From assembly GCA_965649765.1 (NCBI GenBank), contig OZ287751.1, forward strand, positions 7,378,001 to 7,442,000: a stretch of 64,000 bases of DNA, read 5' to 3'. This DNA is from Bispira polyomma. Lineage: Eukaryota. Under the pieces are notes generated by a model. That model made no database searches, was not told the origin of the DNA, and saw only the letters and a list, made by a program, of their open reading frames with translations. Of this stretch, positions 63,007 through 64,000 are shown piece by piece. Position 1 is the first letter of the stretch. The number at the start of each line of letters is the position of its first letter. The translations under genes were made by a program, and so were the position numbers.

Positions 63007-63369
63007 GTAATGGGCTCTAAATACCCTTTTTGTAAACTTATTGGTGTCGGTGGAAATTAATGGTATAAAATCTGTGAAAACAAAGACTGGCAAAATACAC
63101 TTGGTTCTATAAACCCACTACTGTGTTCACTGTAAACTGTTAGATATTTCTTGTAATTAGCTGCAAAAAGTCTGAAAAACACGGCTACCCACAGGCTGCC
63201 CAGATACACTCGGTAGTGAACTCCATAAACCTGCTATTTTGTTTACTGTATTTGTATTCATGTTTTTACTCCTATATCTACCTTCATCTGGTATGCAGAG
63301 TGCTAATTAACCCTTTCCTGGCTATAAGAGTCAACTGCATTAGTTACTGTCATTCCCATTACCTGAAGA

Positions 63370-63612
63370 GAGAGGCTGGAGGATGACCATTCATATATCA
63401 ACGTCCACAAGGTTTTTTTTAGCCTGCCACTGGGGATAGGACCCAGTAACAGAGAACTCCCGCCATTTTAAGTGGTCATCCAAGCCACTAGGTGTGTACA
63501 CATCTTGTCCAAGGATGTTATCCCACCAATAAAACTAGCGGCTGGTACCGGGAGTGGAACCTGTGACCTTCTGATCATTAGAGTAACTCCCTAACCACTA
63601 GGCCACAGGGGA
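63370..63612 (-). mobile_element. Second tRNA-derived SINE family (relatives at 46340-46555(-), 58090-58316(-) and a tandem pair at 63695-64000(+))
   Basis: gtggcctagtggttag head, B-box-like ggttccactccc, and shared gatgaccacttaaaatggc motif. Confidence 0.65.
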
Positions 63613-64000
63613 CCACGTGTAAACCACTTAAAACTGTTGCTTGTAGTTAATGGTAGAAAGTCTAAAACACTTCTAACCAAATGCTTACTTGCACTCTGGC
63701 CTAGTGTGCAAGAAAATCACTTTGGAATGCAATGGAGGACCTGGGTTCAGTCCCAGTCTGGGGCAAGCTGATACAGGCAGATACATAGTGGTTTTGATGA
63801 CCACTTAAAATGGCAGTCCTCTTTCATTGCATCCTAAGCTTGTCCTCACAACACATAAGGAAATATTTGTCGTCTTCTATATTCCACTCTGGCCTAGGAT
63901 AACACAATCACTTAGGATTGTAGAGGACCTGGGTTCAATACCAGCCAGGGGTGATGAGGCACAGACAGGTACATAGTGGTTCCGATGACCCCTTCAAATG

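Overview
AT-rich (roughly one-third GC) animal genomic DNA, probably lophotrochozoan/mollusc-like judging from its repeat content (inference). It is not prokaryotic and has no CRISPR array. The + strand carries seven internal coding exons of EXOC2/Sec5 (26793-63006), with consistent GT-AG sites and reading phases, preceded by more than 26 kb of presumed intron. Inside that intron on the - strand I read an apparently nested gene that the ORF track misses. It has two upstream exons (13796-13716, 12944-12746) that splice into a 59-aa Cys-containing ORF, a signal-peptide exon (ATG 6477), and 32-, 8- and possibly 13-nt microexons running off the window start. A recurring pattern is that almost every exon boundary has been tandemly duplicated or seeds a minisatellite, producing arrays of decoy splice sites (up to 8 acceptors before one exon). 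The rest is dense with transposons: Tc1/mariner-like and PIF/Harbinger-like MITEs, Helentron-associated (HINE-like) elements with ~142-bp internal arrays, tRNA-derived SINEs, a 5'-truncated Tx1/L1-like LINE with a TSD, and L2/CR1 3' ends. All calls were made by eye; no database search was run.
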